The notes under the pieces are model-generated. The model saw only the letters and a program-made list of their open reading frames with translations, did not search any database and was not told the origin of the DNA. A DNA stretch of 32,106 nucleotides from Promethearchaeota archaeon. GTDB lineage: Archaea > Asgardarchaeota > Lokiarchaeia > Sigyniarchaeales > SOKP01. Below, piece after piece: positions 16,634 to 27,190 of the stretch (its first letter is position 1; every line of letters begins with the position of its first letter). Position numbers and translations under genes: made by a program. The stretch spans positions 1-32,106 of the forward strand of contig JAHLWH010000075.1 in assembly GCA_019058015.1 (NCBI GenBank). The letters are read 5' to 3'.

Positions 16634-17350
16634 CTATGAAATTGAAGGAAAATACCACTTCTGTCCTCTTAAATAGGATTCGTCTTTTTTGGCAAAACCG
16701 CTAGCTTCTAAAGAATTTAATGCCCTCAAGACTCTTTCTTGGGACCATGATAATTCTGAGCATGCATCTTCTAAAGAAATAAAACCTTTTTCTGAAGCTA
16801 ATGAAATTACTTTTGCCTCATCATCGGTATGTTGAATGGAGAAAAATCTAACTTCAATAACTCCATCATCAAGCTCTCGAATATTAGGAATTACTTTCCT
16901 TTTCTTTAAAAGATACATAGCTTTAATTACATCTTCAATCTCTAAATGATTTATGAGAATACCTGTATTCACAATTTCAAATACGTCAGAGATCGGCATA
17001 ATACCCCCAGTTTCTTCTTTTTCCATTAAAACTCTTTGGTATGCTAACATTCCTAATTTTTCATGATCAATTTTTCTCTTTTTCCTTAAGACGTCGATTT
17101 CTTCAATTCTTTCAGTAATAATTCGCGAAGTGGGTATATCAAATTTCCTCTGAAGTTCTTTAATTTCATCTCTTAATTCTGGATCTAAAGCAAGAATTAC
17201 TCCATGTTTGATTGCAATTTCTCTTATTTTGTCTTTAGCAAATTCTCTTGTTTTTGCTTCTTCTTCAAGTTCTTTTTGTTTTAACTCTATGCCCTTCCTC
17301 TTCATTGCTTCTTTTAGATCAATATCATCCTCTATTTTGCGAATCCCCAT
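16634..17350 (-). CDS. vps22: ESCRT-II Vps22/36-like (EAP30) protein
   Basis: MGIRKI N-terminus, ETGGIMPISDV, LSWSQERVLRALNSLEASG and C-terminal WYFP. Confidence 0.85.
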   Translation of the reverse strand: MGIRKIEDDIDLKEAMKRKGIELKQKELEEEAKTREFAKDKIREIAIKHGVILALDPELRDEIKELQRKFDIPTSRIITERIEEIDVLRKKRKIDHEKLGMLAYQRVLMEKEETGGIMPISDVFEIVNTGILINHLEIEDVIKAMYLLKKRKVIPNIRELDDGVIEVRFFSIQHTDDEAKVISLASEKGFISLEDACSELSWSQERVLRALNSLEASGFAKKDESYLRGQKWYFPSIS

Positions 17351-17447
17351 ATAGTTCTACGACTTTTTTAAATACACTTACTTTTAATTTTTAATTTTAT
17401 AATTATTAAATAATAATAAGATTATATTTTTTTTTCGCTTTATTAAT

Positions 17448-18038
17448 TTGATAATGCCCAATTTTGAAGAAATTTTTCGAAAATTAAATAAAAATGAAAA
17501 AAAAATTGTAAAAGATTCTCTACATAATATCTCTGACAAGATTTGGGAATATTTTCTTGAAGAGCAATATGAAATATATATTAAAATTTCAGAATCAAAA
17601 AAAAATAAAACCTCTCTTGAATTGTTTTTAGTTCCCCAACAATTAGAGCCAGAAGTAAATAAAATTAAAAACCTTACAACAATAGATTTTACAGGAATTC
17701 CATTGGGGTTTATTAAAAATAAGCGATTGTTTTTAAGTTTAGAAACGGCAGAATTGCTTTTCAATTTACATAAAATAGATCCTAGGATTATTTTAATCCT
17801 TAATGAAAATGGTGAAAAATCTGTATTATATGGAAATCCAATAAAAAAAAGCATGATTTTAGAGATTTCTTCTGAAGTTCAGGCAAATCGGATAGTATTT
17901 TTAATTAATAAAAATCAAGAGTTTCTCGGTCTTGGATTATTAAAAGCCAATTACGAGAAGTATAGAAAACTAAAGAATAATGATAATATTGCATTAAATT
18001 TGGTTGATAAAGGTTCTTATTTAAGAAGAGATCAATGA
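17448..18038 (+). CDS. nip7: NIP7-like ribosome biogenesis protein with PUA domain
   Basis: GIPLG..LSLE, GEKSVLYGNPI, LGLG and DKGSYLR. Confidence 0.8.
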   Translation: MIMPNFEEIFRKLNKNEKKIVKDSLHNISDKIWEYFLEEQYEIYIKISESKKNKTSLELFLVPQQLEPEVNKIKNLTTIDFTGIPLGFIKNKRLFLSLETAELLFNLHKIDPRIILILNENGEKSVLYGNPIKKSMILEISSEVQANRIVFLINKNQEFLGLGLLKANYEKYRKLKNNDNIALNLVDKGSYLRRDQ

Positions 18039-18168
18039 TTACAAGGAGATTTAGGAAGTAGATAAAAGCATAAATTATTCAATAAATTTAATTTTTATTA
18101 TTTCTTTAAGAGTTATGAGAAAAAAAAGAGTAAAATAATAAATAAAGATAATATACATAGAAGGAGCT

Positions 18169-18627
18169 ATGAAACATAAGTTAAAATTATATCTAGATAC
18201 ATCAGTTATCTCAGCATTATTTGATGAGAGAAATCCTGAAAGAAAATCTCTTACAGAGTCTTTTTTCAAAGAAATTAAAAATTATGAGGTATATGTCTCT
18301 GAAATTACTATTGCTGAGATTCAAAAAACGCTTGATCAAGAGATTAAAGAAAAAATGAATGAAGAAATGACAAAGTTTTTAGTTCTTACTATATCAGATG
18401 AAATAGAAGAATTAGCAAAAGAGATTATCCAAAAAGGGGCAATTAATGAATCGTATTCGGAGGATGCTTATCATATTGCTATAGCTATAATAAATGGGAT
18501 GGATTTTCTTTTAAGTTGGAATTTTAGGCATATAGTAAGAAAAAAAACAAAAGATATTGTGAGAATGATTAATACTTTAAAAAATTTAAGACAAATCGAA
18601 ATTATAACTCCAGCAGAATTATTGTAG
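18169..18627 (+). CDS. PIN-domain (VapC-like) ribonuclease
   Basis: YLDTSVI, SEITIAEI, DAYHIAIA and LLSWNFRH; GGAG SD. Confidence 0.9.
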   Translation: MKHKLKLYLDTSVISALFDERNPERKSLTESFFKEIKNYEVYVSEITIAEIQKTLDQEIKEKMNEEMTKFLVLTISDEIEELAKEIIQKGAINESYSEDAYHIAIAIINGMDFLLSWNFRHIVRKKTKDIVRMINTLKNLRQIEIITPAELL

Positions 18628-18634
18628 TAGGTGT

Positions 18635-18823
18635 ATGAAAATTTTAAGAGAAGAAGATATTGAAAGAATAAAAAGTGAGGTTGAGCTAGAATTTCCAAAC
18701 GATTTCGCATTACAACAAATCCATATTGCCAGGAAAATTATTACTAAAGAAGCGGAGATGAAGGGATTAAGTTACCTTGATTATATCAAGTTATTAACTA
18801 AAGACACAAAAGCTATTCAATGA
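18635..18823 (+). CDS. Small protein coupled to the PIN gene, putative antitoxin
   Basis: 62 aa, 7-bp gap after PIN, AGGTG SD. Confidence 0.6.
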   Translation: MKILREEDIERIKSEVELEFPNDFALQQIHIARKIITKEAEMKGLSYLDYIKLLTKDTKAIQ

Positions 18824-18931
18824 AGATACTTTGAAATTACTGGTCAGCCAACACACGAGAAAATAAAACAATTAGGATTGGAAAAATATACTTAAGAGCA
18901 AAATTTTCTTTATTATATTCTTTATTTTAAT

Positions 18932-19876
18932 TTAAATTCGTTCTAATAAACAGTAAAAAAATCCCTCAGAATTGTGTATGTGAGGATATATTCTTTGAGA
19001 ATGCCTTAAATCAGGATGAAAAATATTTTTTTCAAATTTTTCTAAACCAGGTATCCCAATTTGGTCTTTTATCTTTAAAATTCTTACTCCAACATATTGA
19101 TTTAGAACAGAATCTATAACCATTTCATTTTCTTCGGGGGCAATTGAACAAGTGCTATATACCAGACGGCCTCCCTTCTTAAGGGAATCCAAACCAGAAA
19201 TTAATAATCTATATTGAATTTTACTTAACTTCATAATATCTTCTAATGTTCGACTTGTCTTTCTTTTAGGGTCTCGTCTAATTAAACCTTCACCAGTGCA
19301 TGGAGCATCCAACAAAATCTTATCAGCCTTGATGTCCATTTTTGGTAAATCTATAGCATCTTGATTAATAACAATAGAGTTATATACTCCCAATCTTGAT
19401 AGATTAATATTCAATGCAGGAATCCGATTAACATTTTTATCTATTAAGATTAATTTTCCTTTATTTTCCATCAATTGAGCAATTTGAGTAGATTTACTAC
19501 CCGGAGCAGCACACATATCAATAACTGTTTCTCCCGGTTTAGGGTCTAATACATGGCAAGGAACCATTGAAGAAAAACTTTGTAAATAGTAATAACCCTG
19601 CAAAAATTCATGCAGTGAGCCTAAATTCATTGGACTTTTAATTACTTTAAATCCATAGGGTATCCAAGAGAGGCCTTCTAAAACAAATCCTTTTTTTTGA
19701 AGCCTATTGAGTAAATCATCAATCTTTATTTTCAAAGTATTAATTCTTATCGTTGGAATAAGAGGCTTCTCATTAGCTTCAAGTAATTTTAAAGTTTCTT
19801 CTTTACCCAAAAATTTTATGTACCGTTCAATCATATAGGGTAAATAACCATATTTCTTTGCAATTGAAATGATCAC
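18932..19876 (-). CDS. RsmB/NOP2-family RNA m5C methyltransferase
   Basis: DMCAAPGSKS, LLDAPCTG, YSTCS and GFF motifs. Confidence 0.95.
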   Translation of the reverse strand: MIISIAKKYGYLPYMIERYIKFLGKEETLKLLEANEKPLIPTIRINTLKIKIDDLLNRLQKKGFVLEGLSWIPYGFKVIKSPMNLGSLHEFLQGYYYLQSFSSMVPCHVLDPKPGETVIDMCAAPGSKSTQIAQLMENKGKLILIDKNVNRIPALNINLSRLGVYNSIVINQDAIDLPKMDIKADKILLDAPCTGEGLIRRDPKRKTSRTLEDIMKLSKIQYRLLISGLDSLKKGGRLVYSTCSIAPEENEMVIDSVLNQYVGVRILKIKDQIGIPGLEKFEKNIFHPDLRHSQRIYPHIHNSEGFFYCLLERI

Positions 19877-19945
19877 GATTTAATCAAATCTAATCCTTAT
19901 TAATCAATAAAAATGAGAGGTAAAAAAAGAATATTTCAATTTTTT

Positions 19946-21259
19946 TTAGCATAAATTCTTTTTGATTTTATTACGCGCACCAGGTAAATATTTTTTTATC
20001 TTTTTAATCCATCCTAAGGGGATTTTTGTATTTTCGAAAATTGTTTTATTATCTGCTTCTTCGAGTTGATCGAAATAAAAATAGCCATTTTTGATAAATT
20101 GAGCTAATCTCTTAGTACCCAGATACTTTATACAATCTTTATATTTCCTTAAACTTATCGTATGAATCAATTTTTCCGCCTGAGCCGGGAAATGAGAAAT
20201 ATACCATTTAAGATTTTTATCAGTAATTACAATATAATCTTTTCCCAGTTGTTCGCCAGTATATATATTAAAACCCAATCGTGCCAAGTTTTCTCTAATT
20301 GTGGGAATATTTACATTCAATTTTTTTCTCAATTGAGTTATAGCATATTTTTTTTCAATTGATGAAAGCTCATTAATGAATTTAAATATAAATTTTGTTT
20401 CAGGAGAACTTTCAATATTATTTTGAAAAAATTGAATTTCATTATTAGAGTTTAAATAATACTCCTCTAATTCTCGATATTCTTCAAATTCATTCTCAAG
20501 ATTTTGAAGTATACTTTTAATTTGACTCCTTTTTAAAACTCTAGATTCTTCTAATTCCTCAAACTCACTATCGATTTTTTGAAATATAGTTGCTATTTAT
20601 TGCTGAATATCTTCAATTCCGTTATTGATATTTTCTATACAATCATGAACTTCTTTTTTAGAGATAGAGTAAAGACCATCTTTTTCTTTATTTTTAATTT
20701 TAAAAATAAATGAGAAATGTTTAGAGAAAAAATCTCTACCCAAAACCAGTTGAGATATATTTTCATTTTCATTCTTTTTTAATTCAATATCTAATCCAAT
20801 TTCAGAAGATTCGTATTGTTTAATCCTTTGGTTAAATACATCTATGTTATTTACACTAAAAGTTCCTAAGATTAAATTAAATTCACCTTGATTGAGATCG
20901 ATAATAATATGATCTTCTACTAAAGGAAGATTATTACTCCTTTCGATTAGAATGTTATATATCTTTCTTAATAAAATCATAAGGGGTAGAGTTTTGAAGC
21001 CATCGATTTTGATCTTGTCATTATAAATACCATTCCATAACTCTTTATTTAAACTGAATTCAAAATTTATTCCTTCTAATTTTTCTATATTTTTTTGAAG
21101 TTCAAGTGAAACATTTTGAAATTTTTTTAAGTTATCACCTAATTCTTGTATCCGTGCTCCCAAATTATGATTTAACAAATCCTTATCTACAAGAAATCTC
21201 TCTACTTCTTTAAATTCCATAAAAAAATACTCTAAATATTCAGTTTCCATAAAAATCAA
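19946..21259 (-). pseudogene. Single ~437-codon gene interrupted by one in-frame TAA (20597-20599); C-terminal HhH-like region
   Basis: The 220 aa and 128 aa ORFs share a frame and the 88 codons between them are open (IATIFQKIDSEFEELEES...). Confidence 0.75.
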
Positions 21260-21444
21260 ATAAGTTTTTTCTACTTTTTTTACATATTATTCACAATCAG
21301 AAATTTTTATGAATATAATATGTGAATATTTTATATTTGAACAAAATACAAATAGTAATTTGATATTAAATTTAATTGCGTTAATGAGTATAAATTAAAA
21401 TTTGATAATCATTTTAAATAGAATAGAATTTGGGCAATATATCA

Positions 21445-22038
21445 ATGTTTGAAGTGGAAGTAAAAGTATTATTGGAAAATACAGATGAAATCAAAGAGAA
21501 ATTAATTTCAATGGGTGGAAAATATATTCATTCATTTGAACATGAAGATACTTATTTTAATATGCCTAAAAAACTTAGAAACTTTTATAGAACTGATGAG
21601 GCATTAAGAATAAGAAAATCTATTGAATATAATGCAAATAATATTGAAGAAAAAAGAATTTTTGAATTTTTAACATATAAGGGACCAAAAGTTGATGATT
21701 TAACAAAAACGAGGAAAGAAATAGATTTTAGAGTGGAAGATGGAGAAAAATTAAAGGAGATTTTAAAAATCTTAGGCTTTAGAGAAGTATATACTATAAA
21801 AAAAGAAAGAGAACTTTTCGAAATTGAATACTATTCAGAAAAATTTGAGATATTATTTGACTTTTTACCTGTATTAAATCAAAATTTTATCGAAATAGAA
21901 TGCCAAACTGAAAAAGAAAATGAAATATCTCTAAAGAAGGATAAAATTTTCAAATTTTTAAAAAATTTTGATATAAGTAAGGACCAGTCAATTAGGAAAT
22001 CATATTTGGAACTAGTTCTTGAAAAATTATTTAAATAA
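21445..22038 (+). CDS. cyaB: CYTH-domain protein (class IV adenylate cyclase / triphosphatase-like)
   Basis: EVEVK, DTYF, ALRIR, LTYKGP, KERE and FIEIE. Confidence 0.9.
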   Translation: MFEVEVKVLLENTDEIKEKLISMGGKYIHSFEHEDTYFNMPKKLRNFYRTDEALRIRKSIEYNANNIEEKRIFEFLTYKGPKVDDLTKTRKEIDFRVEDGEKLKEILKILGFREVYTIKKERELFEIEYYSEKFEILFDFLPVLNQNFIEIECQTEKENEISLKKDKIFKFLKNFDISKDQSIRKSYLELVLEKLFK

Positions 22039-22095
22039 ATCCAACTGTTTTTAATAAACCATATAGACGTAAATAACATTATAATAGTTCTTCTT

Positions 22096-22695
22096 TTAGT
22101 TTTGATTGAATAAATCTACAATTTTCTTTTTCTCAAGAGCCATTTCTTTAGATTTTTTTAAATACAATTTTTCATTTAACTTCAGAATCTTTTCTTGCAG
22201 ATGTTTTAAAACTCCATTTACACCCGTTCCATGGTCTATTTGATAAGCAATTGTACGATAAATTCCAATTGCCCCGATTGCATCTAATTTATCTGCATCA
22301 CTCAGAATTTTAGCTTCAATTGTCTGAGGTTCAATTTTATTTGAGAATGAATGTGCTCTGATGCAATGTATGATTCTTGAAATAATAAGAGAATTTAAAT
22401 TTATATATTGTCGCAAATATTTTTCTGCAATTTGAGCTGAAATTTCAGCATGATTTACATCCTTTTTAAGGTTTAAAAACAAATTATTATCATAATTAAC
22501 ACCTTTCGATAAACGACCAATATCATGAAGCAAAGTAGAAATTTTTACAATAAATGAATTACAATTCTCCGATTTTGATAAAACTTCAGTGATTTTTAGG
22601 ACTCGCATCACATGGGGAAATCCATGAGTATCATCATCGGAATAATACTTTTTTACAAAATCCAATGTTCTTTGAAAAATTTGAGGTTGATCCAT
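22096..22695 (-). CDS. HD-domain phosphohydrolase
   Basis: HGFPHVMRV, LLHDIGR, AHSFS and DADKLDAIGAIG. Confidence 0.92.
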   Translation of the reverse strand: MDQPQIFQRTLDFVKKYYSDDDTHGFPHVMRVLKITEVLSKSENCNSFIVKISTLLHDIGRLSKGVNYDNNLFLNLKKDVNHAEISAQIAEKYLRQYINLNSLIISRIIHCIRAHSFSNKIEPQTIEAKILSDADKLDAIGAIGIYRTIAYQIDHGTGVNGVLKHLQEKILKLNEKLYLKKSKEMALEKKKIVDLFNQN

Positions 22696-22810
22696 TTAAA
22701 AGATATACAAAATTTTAAGAATATAATCAATAATTTTAATAAATTAATTTAATTTATTATTCTCAAGTTAATTTCTCTTATTACTAAATTATTAATAAGT
22801 TAAGAATAAT

Positions 22811-23053
22811 ATGTGCTTAGCAATTCCCGGTAAAATTTTAGAGGTTAATGGTGATAAAGCCAACGTGGATTTTAATGGCGTTAAACGTGATGTCATCATA
22901 GCCTTAGTAAAAGATGCAAAAGTTGGAAAATATGTTTTAGTTCATGCAGGTTATGCTATTGAATTATTAAATGAAGAAGAAGCTCAAGAAACTCTCAAAC
23001 TCTGGAAAAATATTGTTGAAGAAGAGGGTTTAGATGAATCCCTCTTTTTATAA
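22811..23053 (+). CDS. hypC: Hydrogenase maturation chaperone HypC
   Basis: MCLAIPGK...YVLVHAGYAI. Confidence 0.96.
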   Translation: MCLAIPGKILEVNGDKANVDFNGVKRDVIIALVKDAKVGKYVLVHAGYAIELLNEEEAQETLKLWKNIVEEEGLDESLFL

Positions 23054-23130
23054 ATGTTTTACTTAGTTAAATTATTCTTTTTGTATATATCCTGCTGGAT
23101 TTAATAAACTATTGAAAAAAATTAGTAGTT

Positions 23131-24264
23131 TTACTCAATTTGAGATTGTTTAATTGATTCATGGTGGCATACGCGAATAGAAGTAGTTTTTCCCTTTAAT
23201 TCTAAATTATCATTTACAGATACCCAACTTGAGAGTATAACAAAATTATTACCGGACCCTTCAATTTTTGTTTTTTCTCCAATTGAACAATAATCTGCAA
23301 TAATTGCATTATTCATTTTAACTCCCTTAGAAATATAACAATGATTAAACAAAATTGAATTTGAAATTTCGCAATTGTCACAAATCTTCGAATATTTTCC
23401 AACTATTACATTAGGACCTAGCCTTGAATTGTTTTCGATAATGACATTTTTATCGAGAGCAACGGGGGGGATTATTTCTACATTTTCACCTATTTTACAA
23501 CCTTCACTTATTAGTTTTTTCTGATCTTTACCTTTTTCTTGAAAAATATTTTCTAAAATCATAAAATTTCCAAAAAAATAATCTTCAGGTAAGCCAATAT
23601 CTTTCCATATACCCGAAATCTCATACGCATATAAATTATCTTCTTTCGCCAAAACTGGAAAAACCTCCCTTTCAATAGAAACAGGACGATCGGATTCAAT
23701 ATAGGATAATACTTCATTTTCAAGAACATAAATACCAGCATTTATTGGCATCGGTTTAATTTCAGAAATAGTATCATCTATGGTTTGTTTTTCTAAAAAT
23801 CTCATAATACGAGAGTTATTATCAATAACTAGTGTTCCATAGCGCCGTGGATCCTCAACTGTATAACTACTAATAGTGCCTAATCCGCGGTAATTCTTGT
23901 GAGCCTTTAGCATTTGGGAAAAATCAAAATAACTTATAACATCACCGTTTAACATGAAGAAATTATCAGTTCCAATTAGATTTTCAGCCAATTTTACTGC
24001 ACCCGCCGTTCCCATAGGTTCCTTCTCTTCTGTATAATAAATAGATATTCCCCATTTAGAACCATCACCAAAATAATTTTTGAGCTGGTCTGACATGACA
24101 CTCACAGCTAAAATTATTTCTTTTATCCCAGCTTTGATTAACTGTTTGATAGTATTTTCCATTAAGGGTACATTGACGATAGGAATTAGGGTTTTTGGGA
24201 TTGTGCAAGTTAGTGGCCTTAACCTTGTACCCCACCCACCACTTAAAATAACTGCTTTTGTCAA
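23131..24264 (-). CDS. Sugar-1-phosphate nucleotidyltransferase (mannose-1-phosphate guanylyltransferase-like)
   Basis: LSGGWGTRLRPLT..PK, GTAG, NGD, INAGIY and C-terminal hexapeptide repeats. Confidence 0.9.
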   Translation of the reverse strand: MTKAVILSGGWGTRLRPLTCTIPKTLIPIVNVPLMENTIKQLIKAGIKEIILAVSVMSDQLKNYFGDGSKWGISIYYTEEKEPMGTAGAVKLAENLIGTDNFFMLNGDVISYFDFSQMLKAHKNYRGLGTISSYTVEDPRRYGTLVIDNNSRIMRFLEKQTIDDTISEIKPMPINAGIYVLENEVLSYIESDRPVSIEREVFPVLAKEDNLYAYEISGIWKDIGLPEDYFFGNFMILENIFQEKGKDQKKLISEGCKIGENVEIIPPVALDKNVIIENNSRLGPNVIVGKYSKICDNCEISNSILFNHCYISKGVKMNNAIIADYCSIGEKTKIEGSGNNFVILSSWVSVNDNLELKGKTTSIRVCHHESIKQSQIE

Positions 24265-24268
24265 TCGT

Positions 24269-25420
24269 TTAACCTTCCTTTGTTATTTTTGTTGTATATT
24301 TAAATTTCCCAGGATCTAACCCTTTTATTATGGCTAATTTATAAAAAATTAATTGCAATATCACAATCTCCATTATTTGGGCTATGTAAGGGTTTGTTAC
24401 TTGATGTTTAAATATATATAATCTTTTATTTTCATTCCTTAAAAAATTTTGATTAGTAATATGAAAAATTTTACCTACACTCCATTTTTTTAATAAGTTC
24501 TTTATTAATTGAGAATTTAGTTCAAAATCCCTTAAATTCGATGATAGAATTACTATTTTAAAATCTTCATCAAGCATCTCAATACATCCATGTCGAAATA
24601 AGCCAACAGATAATGCCTCTGACTTTTCTTTAACAATTTCTTTAAAATTGAGTGCGGCTTGTTTTGCGGTTGCAATTGAGGGACCTCTTGCAATAAATTC
24701 TAAGAATTTTACATCTTTATCTAGAAATGAAATTATTTTATCAATCTCATTACTTGTTTCATAAAAAATTTTATGAAAAAGTTGTATTTCTTCAAATAAA
24801 GACTCGATTTCATAAATTTCTGATTTTATTGAATGCTTGCCATTAAAAAGATAATTCAGACATAAATATACGGCTAAGATTGAGCATGTATATGTTTTAG
24901 ACGTCGGACCATTTTCATAACCCGCTTTCATTAAAAAGCAAATATCACTAAATTTAAATAAGGAACTTTCAGGTTGATTTGTTAAACCAACAATTAAAGG
25001 TGGCTTTTGGTAATTTCTTAATTTTTTTAATAACTTAACTAATTCCCCAGATTCCCCAGATTGAGACACACAAAAAATTAATACATTTTGAAATGATATA
25101 TATAAATCTCTCTCTGTTTCCATTGGTAAAGAATTGTATAAAAACTCTGAAGTGTCTCTTAGATCGCAAATTATTCCTTTAGAATTTAAAAAGTAATAAG
25201 GGATATAACAACAAAAAAGACTCGAACCCATCCCAGTGAAGATTATATATTTTATCTCTCTTAATTGAATTTCTTTTTTTAATTTAACCAGAAGGTCGAA
25301 ACCCTCAGTTTGAAAATAATTTAATGTATTTTTCAAGGCAAAGGTTTGATCCAGAATTTCCTCTAAGAAATCATTCACATTTTTATCGGATTTCAATAAA
25401 TTTTTCATCCCATTATTCAA
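24269..25420 (-). CDS. Double SIS-domain phosphosugar isomerase (GlmS/FrlB-like, no glutaminase domain)
   Basis: GMGSS, SQSGES, TSKTY, KE...FRHG and C-terminal KITK. Confidence 0.85.
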   Translation of the reverse strand: MNNGMKNLLKSDKNVNDFLEEILDQTFALKNTLNYFQTEGFDLLVKLKKEIQLREIKYIIFTGMGSSLFCCYIPYYFLNSKGIICDLRDTSEFLYNSLPMETERDLYISFQNVLIFCVSQSGESGELVKLLKKLRNYQKPPLIVGLTNQPESSLFKFSDICFLMKAGYENGPTSKTYTCSILAVYLCLNYLFNGKHSIKSEIYEIESLFEEIQLFHKIFYETSNEIDKIISFLDKDVKFLEFIARGPSIATAKQAALNFKEIVKEKSEALSVGLFRHGCIEMLDEDFKIVILSSNLRDFELNSQLIKNLLKKWSVGKIFHITNQNFLRNENKRLYIFKHQVTNPYIAQIMEIVILQLIFYKLAIIKGLDPGKFKYTTKITKEG

Positions 25421-25540
25421 AAATAGTTGTAAGTAAAAATTATAATAATTAACAATTTATGTGAATAAACAATAAAAGCCATAATAAATATATATAACTT
25501 AATTTAGTAATTCACTTAAAACGATAAATTTTTGATTGAT

Positions 25541-25915
25541 ATGTTGTGTCCTCACGGCTTAGACAATGTTGCCTGCCCAATATGCCGAATTGGAATTAAA
25601 GTAATGCCTCCCGTTCGTTTAGAGATTGAAGATTCTCAATCAAAAATATTACAACAGATAAACCCAGCAATAAAAGAAATTATAGATAGGAGAACTAAAA
25701 CATTCAATTTATTAACTGATATAAAGCCAAATTTGAGTTTTAATCCAAATTTATTTATACCAGAACCACCTTCAATTGGCAAAATCTCATTAATGAACCC
25801 TCCGATATACAAAAGATTGAAGGAACTAGATGCTGAAATCCCTAAAGAATTTAATACACTTCAAGAGATTTCGGTGAAATTACCCGATGGAAAAATTAAG
25901 AAAACTAAATTATAA
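25541..25915 (+). CDS. Hypothetical protein with N-terminal CxH-x6-CxxC zinc motif
   Basis: MLCPHGLDNVACPIC; ATG 25541 or TTG 25532. Confidence 0.6.
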   Translation: MLCPHGLDNVACPICRIGIKVMPPVRLEIEDSQSKILQQINPAIKEIIDRRTKTFNLLTDIKPNLSFNPNLFIPEPPSIGKISLMNPPIYKRLKELDAEIPKEFNTLQEISVKLPDGKIKKTKL

Positions 25916-25978
25916 TCAATTAGATCATAATTAAGTAATAAAAACTAATTTAAAAGCTCCCTTCTATTAATATATATT

Positions 25979-27184
25979 ATGGTTAAAATAGCAGCCCTTC
26001 AACCTTATCTTCCAAATAATCCAGTAGAATTCACTACTAATCCATATGATATAATTGGAAAAGAAGAAGAACAGCAATTAAAACAAAATCCAAATTCATT
26101 AATTCATCTCATTTTACCTGATGGTAAAGGTGATGAAATTTATCAAAATGCTGCAAAAGCTTATAAAAAATTTAAAGATGATAATTCTATAACTTTTGAA
26201 AAAACACCAAGTATTTTCGTTTATCGTCAAGAATCTGAACAATTTATTCAACAGGGATTTATAATTGGGCTTTCTCTTCAAGATTATGAAGATGGAAATA
26301 TAGTAAAACACGAACATACTAGGGAAAAACCACTCAGAGATCGTACAAATCACATTGTCTCAACTAATGTTGCTGCAGGGCTTGTATGGTCAGTATATCG
26401 TTCAGATAATAAAATTAATCAATTATTAGAACAAATTAAACAAGAAAAACCGAAGTTTGATTTTATAAAATTTGGATATCGACACATCCTTTGGCAAGAG
26501 ACAGACCCCAAGATTATCAAACAATTAACAGAACTCTTTCAAGATAAAAAAGTCTATATTGCTGATGGTCATCATCGAGCAGCAAGTGCAGCAGAGTATC
26601 GCAAAATTAAATTGAATGAATTAAAAGTATCTAATGATTATGATGCTCCATGGCAGTATTTGTTGTCTTATGTAGCGTCTGACGATCAAATTCGAATATT
26701 ACCCTATAATCGGGTAATTAAACGATTGCAGATGGAGGAAAAAGAATTTTTAGATAAATTAGAAAAAATCTATAAGATAACCCCTATGAAACAAGCATTT
26801 AATCCCGAAAATAAAAATCAAATTGCCTTATGTATTAATGGTAAATGGTTTAAACTAACAGTTATAGATAAATCATTTAAATCAAAGGGTGATAGCTTGG
26901 ATGTAGCAATTCTTCAAGATAAGGTTTTAGAACCAATTTTAGGTATTTCCGATCCTCGTTCTGATGAAAATATCTTATTTGTAGGTGGCATCCAAGATCC
27001 AATAAGGATGGAGAAATATGTAGTCGATGAAGGAAATGATTTGTTTATCAACCTTTTTCCTGTTGATATACGAGATCTTGAATCTATTGGTGATATTGGT
27101 GGAGTTATGCCTCCAAAATCAACATGGTTTGACCCAAAAGTTCTTTCTGGCTTAGTTCTTCACGATTTAACTATAGAGTGGTAA
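25979..27184 (+). CDS. DUF1015-family protein
   Basis: PYDII, HEHT, YIADGHHR, ILPYNR and MPPKSTWFDPK. Confidence 0.9.
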   Translation: MVKIAALQPYLPNNPVEFTTNPYDIIGKEEEQQLKQNPNSLIHLILPDGKGDEIYQNAAKAYKKFKDDNSITFEKTPSIFVYRQESEQFIQQGFIIGLSLQDYEDGNIVKHEHTREKPLRDRTNHIVSTNVAAGLVWSVYRSDNKINQLLEQIKQEKPKFDFIKFGYRHILWQETDPKIIKQLTELFQDKKVYIADGHHRAASAAEYRKIKLNELKVSNDYDAPWQYLLSYVASDDQIRILPYNRVIKRLQMEEKEFLDKLEKIYKITPMKQAFNPENKNQIALCINGKWFKLTVIDKSFKSKGDSLDVAILQDKVLEPILGISDPRSDENILFVGGIQDPIRMEKYVVDEGNDLFINLFPVDIRDLESIGDIGGVMPPKSTWFDPKVLSGLVLHDLTIEW

Positions 27185-27190
27185 TAATTT

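Noticed and set aside
20597-20599. Selenocysteine/pyrrolysine readthrough
   Set aside because: The codon is TAA, not TGA or TAG, and TAA is a normal stop throughout the window.
21445-22038. CYTH gene as part of the cyclic-nucleotide defence system
   Set aside because: It is 18 kb from Pycsar, in core context, and is a widespread archaeal housekeeping family.
22811-23053. Isolated hypC as sign of a novel hydrogenase locus
   Set aside because: hyp genes are commonly dispersed in archaea; nothing else hydrogenase-related is here.
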